From the NCBI GenBank assembly GCA_013239625.1, contig MU053444.1, forward strand, positions 141,822-205,821: 64,000 nucleotides of DNA. The letters are read 5' to 3'. A program made the position numbers and the translations under genes. The notes under the pieces were generated by a model. The model ran no database searches. It was not told the DNA's origin and saw nothing but the letters and a program-made list of their open reading frames with translations. This DNA comes from Lama guanicoe (lineage: Eukaryota). Within the stretch, counting starts at the first letter, position 1. Every line of letters begins with the position of its first letter. This document shows, in pieces, positions 13,255 through 27,511 of the stretch.

Positions 13255-13490
13255 ATTAAGTTGACATTTGTTGAGCACCAAAAATGTGCTACATTCTTTT
13301 CTGAGCATTTTACAGAAATGAATCCTTCAATCTTCTCAACAGGCGAGTAAGGAAGGTTTGATTGTTATCCCAGTTTTACAGTGTGGAAATTCAGGCACAT
13401 AGAGGGTAAGTAAGTTGGCCGAGGTCACAGAAGTAGTAATTGGCAGATCTGGTATTTAAACCCTGGCTGTCTGGTTTTGAGGCTCCCAGA
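13255..13490 (-). mobile_element. MIR SINE
   Basis: MIR core ttatcccagttttacagtgtggaaattcaggcaca...aagtaagttggccgaggtcacag. Confidence 0.8.
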
Positions 13491-14029
13491 ATGGGCTTTG
13501 GGTGTTTAGATGTATCTGCATCCCTGGATTTCTGTACATCTGTGCATCAGTTAGCCCAGTAAGGACAGAGAAAGGAGAGTTACACAGGTGCTCACAGTCA
13601 TGTCTCGGCCTCTGTCCATGAAGTGTGCACCGTGATTAGCATTAACTGTTTTCCAGGCGGTAGATCTTTTGGGATAACAGAAATTTTGTCCATTGAGTTA
13701 ATCTAGAATCCCTTCCTGCTCTGCTTCTGTCCACGCTTGCCCTGTGACTGCCTGCCCGTGATTGGGCCGTTGAGGAGAACATGTACTCATGGTTGAACTC
13801 TGATATTTGAGTCTGATTCATAGTTTCATGTCTTCTGTTGCATTAATATGTTAAATTTCTGGTTTTCTTGCATCATTGTCTCATGAGTTTGATTAATGTG
13901 AAACCAGTCCATGGGAGCCCAGGGGTAATGACGGTATAATTTCTTAGCAGTTGTGGCACTTCTAGCCGTGCAGACCTGACTGGAGGATGTACGCCTTCCG
14001 CACTGATTTCTCCCACAAAACGGTCCTCT

Positions 14030-14500
14030 CCCACACCCGGATGTGAGGCTGGGAGCTCTCTGAGTAGGCCAGTCAGAGGCAAAGTCCAGCAATCAGAAAA
14101 TGATGAAGTACCAGGAAGTGGGTTTAATAGAAGTAAAGGGCTTCCAGGTAGTCCGATGGGCTGTTCTAATAATTTGGTGAGAAGCTGTCCACTGTCTGTG
14201 GTTGAGCTGCTTCTTTGCTGTTGAAAAGTCTGGATTAGATGAAGAGACTTTAAAAATCAGAAAGGAGTGATTTCAGGTGGTACATCCATACCGGGGAGAA
14301 GTGATGGATGACCGCCTGTGTGAGGCAAAGACAGAGTCTCACAAACTTCGTAAAACAGCTTTAAAAGCTCTGCCATCTGAGTGGACTTCAAAAGGGGTCC
14401 AGATCATCACTGGTCACATTGAGAAGGCAAGTAACTGATGATGGCCGAAAGGACACGGAGGCATCAAAAAGTCTCAGCCATGTTCCCAATTTAAAGGATG
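14030..14500 (-). mobile_element. Possible degenerate solo LTR
   Basis: LTR-like composition with minus-strand ATTAAA (plus tttaat near 14123). Boundaries uncertain. Confidence 0.35.
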
Positions 14501-14864
14501 TGGCACAGTGTAATATATTTGAGATGGTTTTTCACTGAACAATTTTTAGTGTTTTCTGGGACTCCCCAGTGCCCCAAGGTTCCATGCAGCTGGGTGTCCC
14601 CTCAGTGCAGCTCTGTCAGCGCTTGCCCTGGGCTGACGCGGTGTCACGGGGAGCAGGACGGTCGGCGTCCCCGGCTCCTCCAAGCTCCGTCTGCTCATCC
14701 ACCGGGTTTCTGTGTCTACTTCGTAGGGTTGCTGAGAATCACACGTGATGATTATCAGGTGTGATTTGTGGTTGTCTCTGTGATTGGCATATAGTCAATA
14801 TTTCATAGAAACACTTTTTTTTATTGTAATTGTGGCTCCTAGATTGCAGTGGTTTTCAGTCTGT

Positions 14865-15000
14865 ATTTTTTTTAATAACTTTATTCTTATTTTTAAATAC
14901 GCCCTTATTTTTATTTATTGTCTTGGAGGTACTGGGGACTGAAGCCAGGGCATTGTGCATGCTAAGCAGGTGGTCTACAACTGAGTAACACCCTCCCTCC
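14865..15000 (-). mobile_element. tRNA-derived SINE (camelid vic-1-like)
   Basis: ggaggtactggggactgaagccagggcattgtgcatgctaagcagg...actgagtaacaccctccc is the reverse complement of an A/B-box tRNA head, with a T-rich tail. Confidence 0.8.
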
Positions 15001-15862
15001 TTGTCTGCACTTAAAAATAAATATTGAAATGCACAAAATAGTTCTTAAACACCATCATGGGACCTAGTCTCTGTATAGGCAATTGAACACGTATTCTATT
15101 TCAATAAGAATAAATGTTGGGATGTACTTTTCTGAATCTGTTAATGTGCTTAAAAATGATCATAGCTAGTGATAAACACGAGACTTGGATCCAATACTTC
15201 TTAGGGTCTGTTTTGCCATTATGGGAAATTACATTCTACAGAGAAGGCTAATTGGGTCTCTTTGATATTTGGATGGTTTAGCAGATGATCAAGGCTTTCA
15301 AAAGCTGACAGTTTTGTATTTTAAACAAACTACAGAGTTATCTTCTAGAAGTTTTAAATCCTAAGCTTGTGAAGTGCCCAGTAATCTAGGGGGAATATGT
15401 CTGTGTCTGTGTGAACGTTTGTGTGTGTGATTTCAGGAAGGTAGAAAGAAGTTCCATATAGACTTCTGATATATTTCTCTTCTAGTTTAAGCCGTAGGCA
15501 AATATTTACACAAATAAATTGATATTCTTTTGTCAATTGGCATATTGGTGGGAATAAGAGGTTCTCATACTTGTTTCAGAAGGGTTGGGAAGCATGAGCT
15601 TAGAAAATGGGAGGAGAAAGAGGCAGGGAGGCACTTCACACTTTATGCAGGATATGAGAAACAGTGCTATTCTTTTCTCTTTTCTTCTAAAGCAAACTGG
15701 CACTGAATTGTAACATACTATTACTCAGAAATGCTTTTCTAATCAGATACATGTGCCTCAGATTTTTCAAGGCAACATGAATGATGAAATGTGTTTTAGC
15801 ATTTATCTTTAAAAGTAGTTTTATTTTTCAAGTAAAAGGCTATAGTCTGTTATTTCTTCCAG

Positions 15863-15889
15863 CAGTACATGAAGTTCTCATTCATCTAT
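15863..15889 (+). pseudogene. TRAPPC9: TRAPPC9 27-nt microexon (exon 5) remnant
   Basis: tatttcttccag|CAGTACATGAAGTTCTCATTCATCTAT|gtacat. It is 27 nt, encodes VHEVLIHL versus human AQEVLIDP, and lies in the expected order between exons 3 and 6. Confidence 0.8.
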
Positions 15890-18539
15890 GTACATGATGT
15901 ATGTGCTTAGTTTCTTTGGGTTTTTTGTTTTTTTTAAGTGCTTGTTTCATTGTGGTGTGAATGAATGTTTAAAATTTCTGGATTTTGATCTTTAGAACAT
16001 GCTGATTTTTCAGAACTGTTAAAAACCAGATCGTTCTTTGGTCCTTGTATGGTGGGGCACCCTACTGATTACTGTTGTCTGTTAAAGAGAGAAATTCTTC
16101 CTCTAGCCTGCAGATCATTAAGTGAATGGTTTTCAGTGTGCCTATAAATTTCATTGAATGCATTGAACATGATTGTGCAGTGAATTTTGAATTGACTCAT
16201 GATAATGACTTTGCTATGTTCCTGTGGCTTTTGCTCCTCTCCACAAGAGTTTGAATTCTCTGTTGCATTTTGTATATGTATTCTTCACAAGGGAAGAAAT
16301 TTTGCATTTTTTACAGAGGTGGGTTTTCCTAACCCCTCTGAATTCCTTCTGTAATTGATACAACAAAAATCTGTTATTGCAGTGTTAATTATATCATAAA
16401 CTAGTTTTTGGCTTAATCAGAAACAATGACAGAGTGATAATAAAAAATAGGAAAACCTTCCTTACTTTGAAGAATAGAAATCAGGTGGTCAGGCTCCCGC
16501 ATGCTTTGTGCCTGACACACTTACTCTCATGTCATTGTGTATATGATTCGGAGGTTGCTTCAGGTTTATAGATTTCTGTTTTAACATTTGTGTTGAATTC
16601 TTTCTCCAGGCTGATGTATCCTGTTGGGTTTGTTGAAAGTGTAGAAGGGAAACAAATTTTCTTTTTGTTGTTTTCCAGAGGCCTGAGTTGCGGATGATAA
16701 AGAGTTGAGGGTGGGCTGAAGAACAATGTGACACGCTCTCTAACCCCAGCTGAAACTGATGAACAATGAACTCAATTAAGTTTATTGGTATTTAACCAAT
16801 AGAAGTTAGTGAGACCAAACTGGATAGTTATGCCCAAAGAAAGTACTGAATTCACCTGCAAAATTAGGTGATTTACCAAGAAGGAACAGCTTAGAGCAAT
16901 CAGAAAAATCAGTCCTTTGTTGAGATATAATGTGATTATAATATCTTTTATTTCTGAAACTTTTCTACGTTAAGTTGTGTAGAGCTTATATTAAGTTTCA
17001 AGCACCAGGAGTTAAGAGTGTGGGTGGTTCTGTAGGATCGATATTCAGGGATGTACCTAGACCCTGCTGGAGTGGCTGAAGCTGCCAGGAAAAGGCCCAG
17101 AGCCAAGATTTGTCACCCTAGGGTGTCCTCCATAATTGTTCCATGTGAGAGCCCATGATTGAGTTAACAAATTTTAACAGACCCCAGCCGCCTGTCAACT
17201 TTAAGAAGAAAAAATTATGCTTAGTGACTGCTTTGCAAGCAAGTGCTTGTGCATCCTCACTCCTGTCTCCTTTCCTTTAAAAGCAGAGACAATTCTTTGC
17301 ATGCGTAGTTGAGGTTTTAGATAGCACTCTGCTCATTGTAAAGCAATGATCCAGGACCTCAGCTATAAAATCTGGGCTTGTGTGCAGTTAGATAGTCAAT
17401 TATCCCCAAAAAAAGGACCTACCTGGTCTGGTGGTCTGCTTTGTAATTCACATGTCTAAAGAATGTATATTATTCCCCTCACCCCATGACTTCCCCAAAG
17501 ATACACTAAGCCTTTTTACTCATGGTGGATTCTACAATCTGTCTCATCCCTTCTTTTCCCATATTCCTGCTTACTAGCACACAACTGTTAATGACTTTTT
17601 CCTTTGATTATACACAATAAATATGGGAGAATTTGAGAGGCTCGTGGAGTTGGCTCCCTACTCCCTCTTGCTTTTTTGACTTTTTCCACAGAGTCTTGAG
17701 TAATCATTCCCTGTAGGTAAGACTTCTGCCAGCCAGAACTCACAGTTCCAGGTGAGAAAGAATTAGGCTTTATATCTCCTACCCGAGGGAGAGAGAGTAG
17801 AAAATTGAGATCCGCTCCTCCGTGGTCCCTTCCTGCCCCAGGGCTACTCCAGTTCACCTGCAGCCTTCTGGCCCCTGCTCACAGGGCCTTTGTCCCAGGA
17901 CTGACCGCAGCCTTTTCTTCCCTTGTCAACATTTCCTGTGACTTTTAGAAGTTGTTCTCTTCTCTGCAATACAACCCTGGCAGATGTGATGTTGGTAAGC
18001 GTGCTGGTGGACAGTCACTTGGGGACTGCCAGGAGCCATGCAGATTCTCCTGAGTCTCCCATTCAGGGTTACAGAACTGTCGAGCACCGGAGGAAGCCCA
18101 TTCACATGAGGCCAGCACAGCATTGCATCACTTTCATTTTATATTTGAATTTTCAGTGGAGAAATTATTTGTAGCTATCTGTTCCAGATTTTTGGCTGCC
18201 TGCTTTCCTCACCACCATTTCCTTGTTGGCTCTGGTGCTTGTTGTAAGAACCAGGTTTCTTCTCTGGTTATTTCTAGCAGCTGGGCTTGCCGAATCCTTG
18301 ATCTGCATTTGAAGCAGAATGCTTCTTCCTGATGTCAAGCTGATTTTCCTATTTCTGAATATTTCGTGTACACTCAGCAACTGTTTCAAGTGAAATGCTC
18401 TTGTCCAATTTCAGTTTACCCACATTTGCTGATCTCCTGCTTTCATGCTGACGGCATTTTCTTCTTCCCGTAATACAAGTTAGCAATTTGCATTTACTAT
18501 GGGAAGGTACTGGCCCCAGGTGCTTTTGTCCTTAGCAGT

Positions 18540-19560
18540 TTTAATGCAATTCACCCATTAAAATGTACAGCGGTTTTTACTCTGTGCCCAGAATTGTGCA
18601 TTCCAGTCAATCTTAGAACATTTTCATCCCCCAACAGGAAGCCCCGTATTAACAAGCAGTCATTCCCACCTTCCCCATCCTTCCCCAGCCCCAGGCACCC
18701 ACTGTTCTCTCTCTGTGGACTTGCCTGTGCTGGACATTTCATGTAAAACGAGTCATTTCATGTAAATGGAACCGTCTATTGTGACTGACTTCTTTCACAC
18801 TGAGTAACGTTTTCAATATTTGACCATGTTGTGGCCTGGGTCAGTACTCTATGCTTTGCTATTGCTGAATTATATTCTACTGTATATCTGGGCCCTACTG
18901 TTTACCCATTCATCAGGTGATAGTCGTTTGTGTTGTGTCTGCTTTTTGTTTGTGAAGAGTAATGGCGCCGTGAATACTCCTGTAGGAATTTTTATGTGGA
19001 CATTTGTTTTCAGTTCTCTTACGTGTGTGCCCAGACAGCAGAATTGCTGGGTCATTCATACCAACTGTTAAACTCTCTGAGGACGTGCCAGGCTGTTTTC
19101 CAAAGTGGCCACACTGTGTTACGTCCTCACCTGCAAGGGCTGCAATCTCTGCTTCCTCTGTGTCCTCATTAGTGCTTGTTACTCTCTTTTTTATTATAAC
19201 CCATTGTAGTGAGTGTGAAGCGGTTTCTTCTAGTGGTTTTGACTTGATTTCCTTTACAGCTAATGATATTGCACATCGTTAGATTGTGCTTATTGGCCAT
19301 TTGTATATTTTCTTTGAAAAATACATTTTCAGATCCTTTATTCATTTTTTAATTGAGTTCCCTTTGTTGAGTTGTAGTTTTTTTTTATTTGAAGATAAAA
19401 ATTCCTAATCAGATAAATGATTTAAAAAAATTTTCTCCTGTCTGTTTATTTTCCAGTTTCTGGATGGTGTCCTCTGAAGCGAAGTTTACATTTTGATGAA
19501 TTCCAATTTATCACTGTTTTCTTTGTTCCTTGTGCTTTTGGGGTAATATTTAAAATCTGA
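18540..19560 (-). mobile_element. L1MB-type LINE-1 3' region
   Basis: ttcacccattaaaatgtaca...agaacattttcatc...ctggacatttcatgtaaa...ttttccaaagtggc...ttggccatttgtatat. Confidence 0.85.
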
Positions 19561-21169
19561 GGTATTTTATTTAAACTTTTATATATAAAATAACTTAATT
19601 CTTAGGACCGTTCTAGGAGATGGGTGCTGTGGTTGTCCCCAGTCAATGGATAGGAGACTGAGGTGCAGAAAATTTCTCTGACATAACCGTGTCACAGCTA
19701 CCCAGTACTGTGGAGTTCAGACCCTCCTGTTTGTCCCCAACATCTGTGCTCTTCACCACCATGCTCCACTCCTTCCTGGAATCGTTAATGAAAAAGTCTT
19801 TCCTTTTTTGATTTATTGTTTGTTTTCTAATTGGGATCTCATCTCCTCATTTTCCTTGCAGAGATTACTGTAGGTTTATTTTAGGTCTCATGTATGTAGA
19901 AGCATTGCTATCAGTTTGCTTCTTTATTACTCACTCTCGAATGATGATTATTGCTAGTTGACTTAATCAATTCATGCTTAAGTCTTTCCTGCTCATGACA
20001 CTAAAAACAGTCATGACTTACAGAATGCTCAAAGAAGGAAGTATTTGATTGATTTTATTTTGCTACCCAATGAAACCAATCAAATAAAAACCCCGGTGTT
20101 GGCACAGATTATAAGCCCTCCAGAATACAGTCACTGTCTTCCTTGTGTTTCATCTGTTTGGTCACAGTGTCTGGATAGTGCCTTGCTGTCCAGCACTTTT
20201 GTTAGGATACGGTGCTCGTGAATCATTGTAAGGACAGAATTTTGACAACAGACTGTGTTGTTCATTTCACGAGGGAAAAGATCATATAGAAATACTGCTC
20301 AAATCTATTTTAAAATTAAGCTTGGAATTTTGAGTAGAGTTCAAGAAACCATACAAAGCTCTTTTTCACTAATTTTAGATCTATCTTAGACACATTATCA
20401 TTACATAGCAGAGTAACTTATCAAATATATTTGACAAGAGGAGTGTATTATTCATTATTTGTTTTAGTTGAAATATTCTACCTGATATAAAGTAATCAGT
20501 GCCCATAAATGAACAAATATGTTTGTATTTCTATGCAACATGGGAGCAGATATCATATGTTTCTGTATAATATATATGACTGTGTGTTTTAATCTGTCTA
20601 TCAGTGTTTTTATAGTTTTCCAGAAATGTTGTAACTTTAGAATTCTTCTAAGGAAATCACCCCCAATTCTACTGCAGTTTGTACTGTGTATCTTGTCTTA
20701 TGCATGGAATTCCACTGTCCCCTCAGTGAGGAAATTCCTCTCCTATTGAGTTAGTAGCAGATTTAAAGGAACTATGATTTCTAGGCCTCTGCGCTCCATT
20801 TGTTTGCAGTTGGCTGTCAATGACAATTTTCCCTTTCTTGTGTTTTCATTGTTCAATTAGAATTTTTGAAAATAACTATTAATATGTTCCATTTGTCTCC
20901 CTAGAAAAGATTTATTTGAACTTTTCAGTTTTCAATTTATGAAAAATGTAAATTCACTCTTTAAGTAGTCCTTTTTCACTAGATATTTGTTTACCTCTGT
21001 ATAGTTAAAATATTTATTTCCCAATGAATGAATCGGTGTCCATGTTTTAAAAGATACCGTACTTTTTATATTTCTTATATTAACAGTTATATTCATTGTA
21101 GAGAATTTGGAAAAAAAGGATAAACACAATAGTAAGTTAAAAATGGCCTCTAATCTCACCTGGAGATAC

Positions 21170-21480
21170 AGTTGTAAGGTTTGAATTTGAGAATTACAAG
21201 TCCTCTCACATTGTTCTTCTTATTCAAGTACATTTTGGTTACTGAGACCCTCGAATTCCCATATGAATTGTAGCAGCACCTTGTCAGTTTCTGTACAGGA
21301 GCTCGCTGGGGTTGTGATCGAGACCACGTTGAATATACGGATCGCTCTGAGGAGCACTGCCATTCCAAGAGCACTGTCTTCTGATCCAGGAATGTGTGTG
21401 GTGTGTCTGTCCAGGTATTCAGGTCTTCTTTAATTTTTTTCAACAATGCTTTGAGTTTACAGAGCATTAGTTTTTTCTTT
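21170..21480 (-). mobile_element. LINE-1 ORF2 fragment
   Basis: The minus-strand ORF contains KALLKKIKEDLNTWTDTP and LNKKNNVRGLVILKFKPY, similar to L1 ORF2 KTLLKEIKED.NKWKDIP and KNKAGGITLPDFKLYY. Confidence 0.8.
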
Positions 21481-23877
21481 GCCTTTATACTGAGGACAAC
21501 TGTGCCAGGTACCGGGATCTGAAGTGTATTTGAGTCCCGACACTTGTTGCCACCATGGACGCTGCACTCTTGCTTTGCCCTCTGTACAATCTTGCACAAA
21601 ATAAGACCTCTGTAACTCTCTCTTGAATGAATGAAAATATGATTGTTGAATGATGCTTGAGAGTCCTTGTGATGATGTCTTTTTCCCAGCCTTTCCCCTC
21701 TTCTTAACTATGCCCTTTCTCTTCCTTTCCTCCAGCCTGGTTTTCAGCCTGCCTGTGGCATTGATTTTCCCTGTGTGTAGACTCTTCCTTTCACTGGTTC
21801 ACGGTAATGTTACATGGGGGCTGTGGAAACTTGCTAGATGATGAGAAGGAGCAAATCCATTGCATGCTAGAATTTTTAGAGTGTGTTATTCTTTTATCAA
21901 TTGAAATTAAATCAGGCTGACCCCCTGAGCCCTCCCATGAGCTCTTTCCACCTTCCTACAGGTGATACTGCTCTGGTTGCTGCATGTGCCCTGCCCCCAG
22001 CCTTGGTTTTGGAGTTGAGTAAGTCACCCTCAGTGGAGCCCTCTCTTTAAAAGATGAAGTGAACTTTTGCTCCTTCTTCCTCGTTGGGGAGTTGGATGCG
22101 ATAAGGTACCAGATAAAGAATGGAGCCCCACCTCATTCTGACCCCTGCTCTTTCCGTTCCTTTCTCCAGGGGAAAAGAGTACAATTCAACAGTATAAACA
22201 TTCTGTGCTAATGAGATAGACAAGACAACCGAACATTTATTAAATATCCTTTCATGCCAGAAACAAATGTATTATACACACAAAAACCACATAAATCACG
22301 GTAGTACTGTGGTTACAAACATGGGTTCGAGTTCGAGTCCTGCTCTGGAGTGACCAGCCCTGTGAGATGGAGAACTGGTAGGTGAGCTTAGCCTCTCACG
22401 GAATTGTTTTCTGTCCTGCAGAGACGGGTCTCGCTAGGAGCCCCTCCCCCATAGAGGTGCTGTGCGGTGTAAATGATGAGCGTGGGCAGCCTGAGCACAG
22501 CTGCTCTTTCCTCGTAAGTGCAGGATAGAATGGATTTGCGGAGATGGCTTTATGACCGCCCCGTGTAGACTCTCAGTGTTCCAAAGGGATGCCTTGTGGT
22601 TTGGAGATGGGATTCTCACCTCTGTAAATACCCAATGATTGTGTTATTGGGCTCTTCTGATTTGAATCTATTCTTTAGAAAGTACATATTGTAGATATAT
22701 TTTTCAAGCATGCATGCTTTTTTTCTTTTATAATTTATAGTTCTACCCTCTCATCTCTTGGAATGACTTTTCATGGAATCCAGGAAACAGCCCTAAGCTA
22801 CCTGCCTTTTCACACTTCTCCATGGTGGTTTTCTTCCCTGAAAAGAAGAGGATTTTGCATAGGAAATTTTCTTTTTTCCCCTTTTCTTGGAGTCTCTGTG
22901 TCTGCCCATCTCTCACCTGTCCAGCTGTCCATTTCTCTACCCACTCATTCTTCTGACTTGTTCCAAGAAGCACTTCAGGCAGCTTACAGAAGAATAGATA
23001 CCAAATAAACAGGTGAGAAAATGGGGCCAAGTTCAGACAGTGAAGCTAGGATGCGAGCCTGTTTGGGGGTTGCAGGCGTGAGACACACGCCTCTGCCCTG
23101 TGACTTATAAGATGGACAGCATGAGTGTGCCTGAGGCTCCCAGCAGACACAGGGAACAGGGTTTGTGGGAGATGCTCACTGGCTGTGAAATAAATAAGTG
23201 GCTTAGGAGAAGCCCAGCCTTTCCAGCTACTAAGGCTTTGGAGAATATTTTGAGTGTCTTCCAAAATCAGAATATTTCATCTTTGATTTTGTCAGAGTTC
23301 TACATAGAGTTGGTTACATTCTATACCTGGAAATTTCTCCCAAACTCTTTCCCACGTGAGTCCCATGGATCGAGAATGGGGTGGTTCTGCTCATTGACAG
23401 TGTTTGGACAGAAACAGAAAAGGAGCCTGGGATTTGTCAGTTATGCTTTGTCAGAGCTGTAGCTTTCAGAGAATGCTTTCAGAGTTCCTCTCCATCTGAG
23501 GCGGCAGAGTGCTCTCTTAGCAGCATCACGAGCTCGGTGCCTCGGGATGGTGGGTGGTGACTGCACTTTCTTGAAGACATCTAAGGTAGTCACTACAGGC
23601 GTGGTGCTTTTATGTAGAGCATTTCATATTCTTTAATAGAAGGTTTCGATAGGGAGTTAATTAACTGAGTTAATTATCATTTAATAAATATGATGCTTTG
23701 TTGAAAAGACAGTTATAGGCAGAATATAAGCTGTGAAGATTTTAAGAACAGTTTCATTATCGAAATTTAAATAGGGAAGATACACAGTTTATCTGATTTA
23801 TGCCTCTGTTTTAAAGTAACAAAGAAACAAGACAGAAAAAGCAGAGGATGATTTTTGTTCTTCCTCTCGGCTTGCAG

Positions 23878-23997
23878 GTGTCTCACCTCCAATGGCATCC
23901 ATCCAGACACCATCACTGACACTGGCCGTGCTCAGAACTGCCTCAGCCCTGAAGACATAACTCACAAATAGAACGGGGCCACGTCCTGTTACAGCAG
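23878..23997 (+). pseudogene. TRAPPC9: TRAPPC9 exon 6 remnant (stop, 1-nt deletions, donor GT>AT)
   Basis: cttgcag| then [37 protein letters not shown] versus human [42 protein letters not shown] at 23969-23971, followed by atgctc. Confidence 0.92.
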
Positions 23998-24699
23998 ATG
24001 CTCTCACTTTGTGGGTCCTTATGTAACTGCATGGTTTTAATCAGGATCACCCATTCTACATTGCATGACGGTGCTGCGGTGTCTCCTAGTTACTTGTTTC
24101 TGTATGTAATCATGTATTTTCTCCAAAGTGTGGTACTACACATCTTAAAATGCTTTTTTCAAATGAAAAATAATGTGTATTTAATATAATAAGTCTGAAA
24201 AAAGGGGCAAAAGAGGCTATCCTGGTCCCACTACTCAGAGACTGTAATTAACACTTTAACATCTATTTTCTGTTCTTTTCGTCAGTGTGTATCAACTCTG
24301 TCATAAAAGCCAGCGATCACTCTGTGCCTGTTTACTGTGTGGAGACCTCCATTTTCCATTCAGCTTTTTATGTTTTTCTGCAATATTCTAATTCCCCTGG
24401 CATGATTTTTAATGACCACTATAGCATTCTGTCTTGTGGAGGCATCGTCCATTTTACTTCGGACTTAAATAAACTTTTGAATTCCAAGTATACTTTACTG
24501 AAATACTGAAAAGAGAACTGTGGTGGTACTGATAGGCCCCTAAACCCCTTCCTATTATTTCCTGAGGGTAAAAGCTGTTGGCAATGTGTTGTATATATTT
24601 CATGACATTTATGCCTATGACATATATATATACACATACATACATAGATATATACACGAATCTGAGAAATCTATGTATATGTGTGTGTATATATGCTTT

Positions 24700-26560
24700 A
24701 TTGAAAAATAAGGCCATACTATATGTTTTCTGCAGCTTGCTATATTCACTGAGGGGTATATCATAGACGTCCTCTCACTCCAGACTCACCCGGTCCTTTC
24801 AGATAGAGTGGAGGGGTCCCCTGATGTGCAGGTGTGTTCTTTTGTGAAAGGAAATCTTTGGTGGGAGAATTCTGTGGACAAAGCCCTGGACCACGTCGAA
24901 ACGCCAGCCCCATCAGAGCCCACAGTCCGCTGTGATTTACCGCATCGTTGTCTTGATGGTGGACACTTAAGTTTTCTCCATTTTCCACTGTCAGAAAAGA
25001 TGTTTGACTGGCATCCTTCTTCTGCAAATATTCCTGTGATCTCTTATGAGTATTCCTTTAGTTAAGGCTTCTGGAAATTTAGTCCATGGATGTGATATTT
25101 ACATTCATCACAGGCTCTTTTCAAGTGACTCTAGAAATTCCATCTCCAGTGGGGAATGAAAAGATGTAGAATTACTTATGTAACCATTTCTCTATCGCTG
25201 GATATGATTTCACTTCACCACCATTGTAAACAGTGCTGTGAAAAATATTCTGATGAGTACATCTTTTTGAACTGATTTTTTTTTCTAAATGAAATGATTC
25301 CTAGGAGTTTAGTTAACTCTGTGTGTACACACGTTTTTCAGAGTTTACATATCCATTGACATGTCATCCTCCAAACACGTTGCTCACACTTTGTTCCCTC
25401 ACAAATGGACACTAGCCAGAATATCTTTTAAAAATATTTGCCAATATGATGAGCAAAAGTGCTTTTTCATTGTTTTAGTTTGCATTTGATGACCAGTGAA
25501 GTATTCAGCATTTTTCACTTATTTGCCATATGACTTTTAAAAAGTGAATGATCCCTTTTGTCCTTTGCACACATTTAAGTGAGGGAGCTTCTTGTTGCTT
25601 TGTGACAGCTCTTCGTATGTAATGAACATTAACCCCTTGTCTTCATCAACATGTATCACGCAGCCTTTTCTTGTCTTTTCTTGCCTTTCAATAGATTTAC
25701 ATGTGCCCAAAATATACTTAAGATAGTAAATGTCTTCTTTTTGGGTTTTAGTTTTCATATTATTCTTAGAAATACTTTCTTATAATGGTACAAATCTCTT
25801 CTGTAGGTTTTGTAATCTCTAAGATGGAGCTGATAATAGTACTCAGAGTGAGGAGAAGTTGAATTAATATGAGCAAAGAGCTGTATTTGCTGTTGTTAGT
25901 ACTTTTTAATATTTACATCACTATCTGTAATTTTTCTTGTGGTCATTATGACTGGAATAGTATTTGGTCTTTCAAGGTGATTCTCTGATTGTCCCAGGAA
26001 AATTATTGAATTCACATTTTTCTCTTTGATTTGAAATCCCACGTGTACAAAATACTTAGGTACTATGTAGACTAGAGTCTCTTTTTGAGCTCATGGTATA
26101 TTTCTGCCCAAATTATTTTCTTACTCCAGTGCTATATCTTACATATTGTAAAAATTTATTTAATATATGACAGTGTGATATTTTTTATTCTTTTTGTCCA
26201 TCCCAAGTCTCCTTGGCTAGTATTATGACTTTATTATTCCTGAAGAATACTAAAATACTTTGTTCAAGTTGAAAAACAAAAAACAGATAAGGGTTTTCAT
26301 AGGATTTTTTAGTAAGTTTTGAATTATCTTTAGCATAACATTCATCTTTACAAAACTGCTTTCCTCCATGCAATATGTTGATGTCTCTACATTCACATCT
26401 CTTACATTACCCCTAAGCATTATTTTTGAGTTTATTCCAGATTATTGTTTATGTTTTAGTTAATTTTGTAAGTGAGAATTTTTTGCTATTATATATATTA
26501 ACTGTTTAAACTGACACCAAGTAAGGCAGATTCGGTTTGTAAATACTTACTTTGTAACTT
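24700..26560 (-). mobile_element. Old fragmented L1 (L1ME/L1M-like)
   Basis: Degenerate T-rich L1 phrases (ttgatggtggacacttaag, ttgttttagtttgcatt, cagcatttttcact). Confidence 0.55.
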
Positions 26561-27507
26561 GTCATTTAAGATTGTAAGTATTAAATACTTGTTCTAGAAT
26601 ACTTTCTTTTCTGTTTTTAAAAATTTGTTTCCAAGATTATCAAAATGGTCATAGCTAAGTAGTATAGGTGGGGAGACAGATGGAGAGAGGTAGTGTGGCT
26701 CATGTACAAACTCTGAGCAGTTTCATGGCTGCCTTTAGGCTGGAGAGGCCTCAGAATAGCCCAGGTAAGACCAGGGATGGCTTTGTATGCACTTGAAAGC
26801 CAGCTTTTCTGCTTTTATGGTGATGCCAGGTGGGCGTGGCAGGTAGATGAACAAGGTCCGATGGAGGTCATTGGCTGCACAGAAAGCTGTGTCTGTGAGA
26901 ACTGGAGACAACTGCCATGGGAAATTCTTGGTGCCAGGAACACTGCAGGGGAGATGGGGAGCCTGTTTGTTAAGGATTTTCCAGTCCTGGGAGTGAGAAG
27001 AGCAGACTCTGCATTCAGATCTGAGTTTGAATTCATCCTCTATTGTTCACTGATCCTCTGACTTTTGTCAAGTGGTATACCCGCTTTGAACTCCTGTTTT
27101 CTTGTCTCTCAAAATAGGAGAATTACAGCCTGCTGCTAGAGTGTTTGATCAGGGTAAATGATTTGTGTCTATAAGATGCCACGTACTGTCACAAGTTCAG
27201 TGAGAAATGGGCTGTCACCTCTTCTTCTGCAACTCAGTGCTTGACAAGACATCGGGGGAAAGCCAGTACCTAATTTGTGTGTGATGCAAATAGAAACAAA
27301 ATTAATGTCTTGCCTTTCACTAGCAGTATTCTTACTCCTTTTATTCATTTACTTCTTTCCTCCTTTGCTTTCCCCTTCTCCACCAAAAGAGCCTGAGACT
27401 GTCTCAGAACACTAGATTCAATTTACTTTAAAGGTTGTCTCATCCTCATGAAAGGACAGTAACATAAAAAAATCTGTATACATCCCAGAATTCATTGTAT
27501 TTGATTT

Positions 27508-27511
27508 ACAC

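Noticed and set aside
14925..15000. tRNA gene
   Set aside because: Degenerate tRNA-like head with an AT-rich tail, in several diverged copies, so it is a SINE.
15860..15910. Possible miRNA hairpin (gtacat repeats)
   Set aside because: The stem is too short, and the sequence is explained by the TRAPPC9 microexon.
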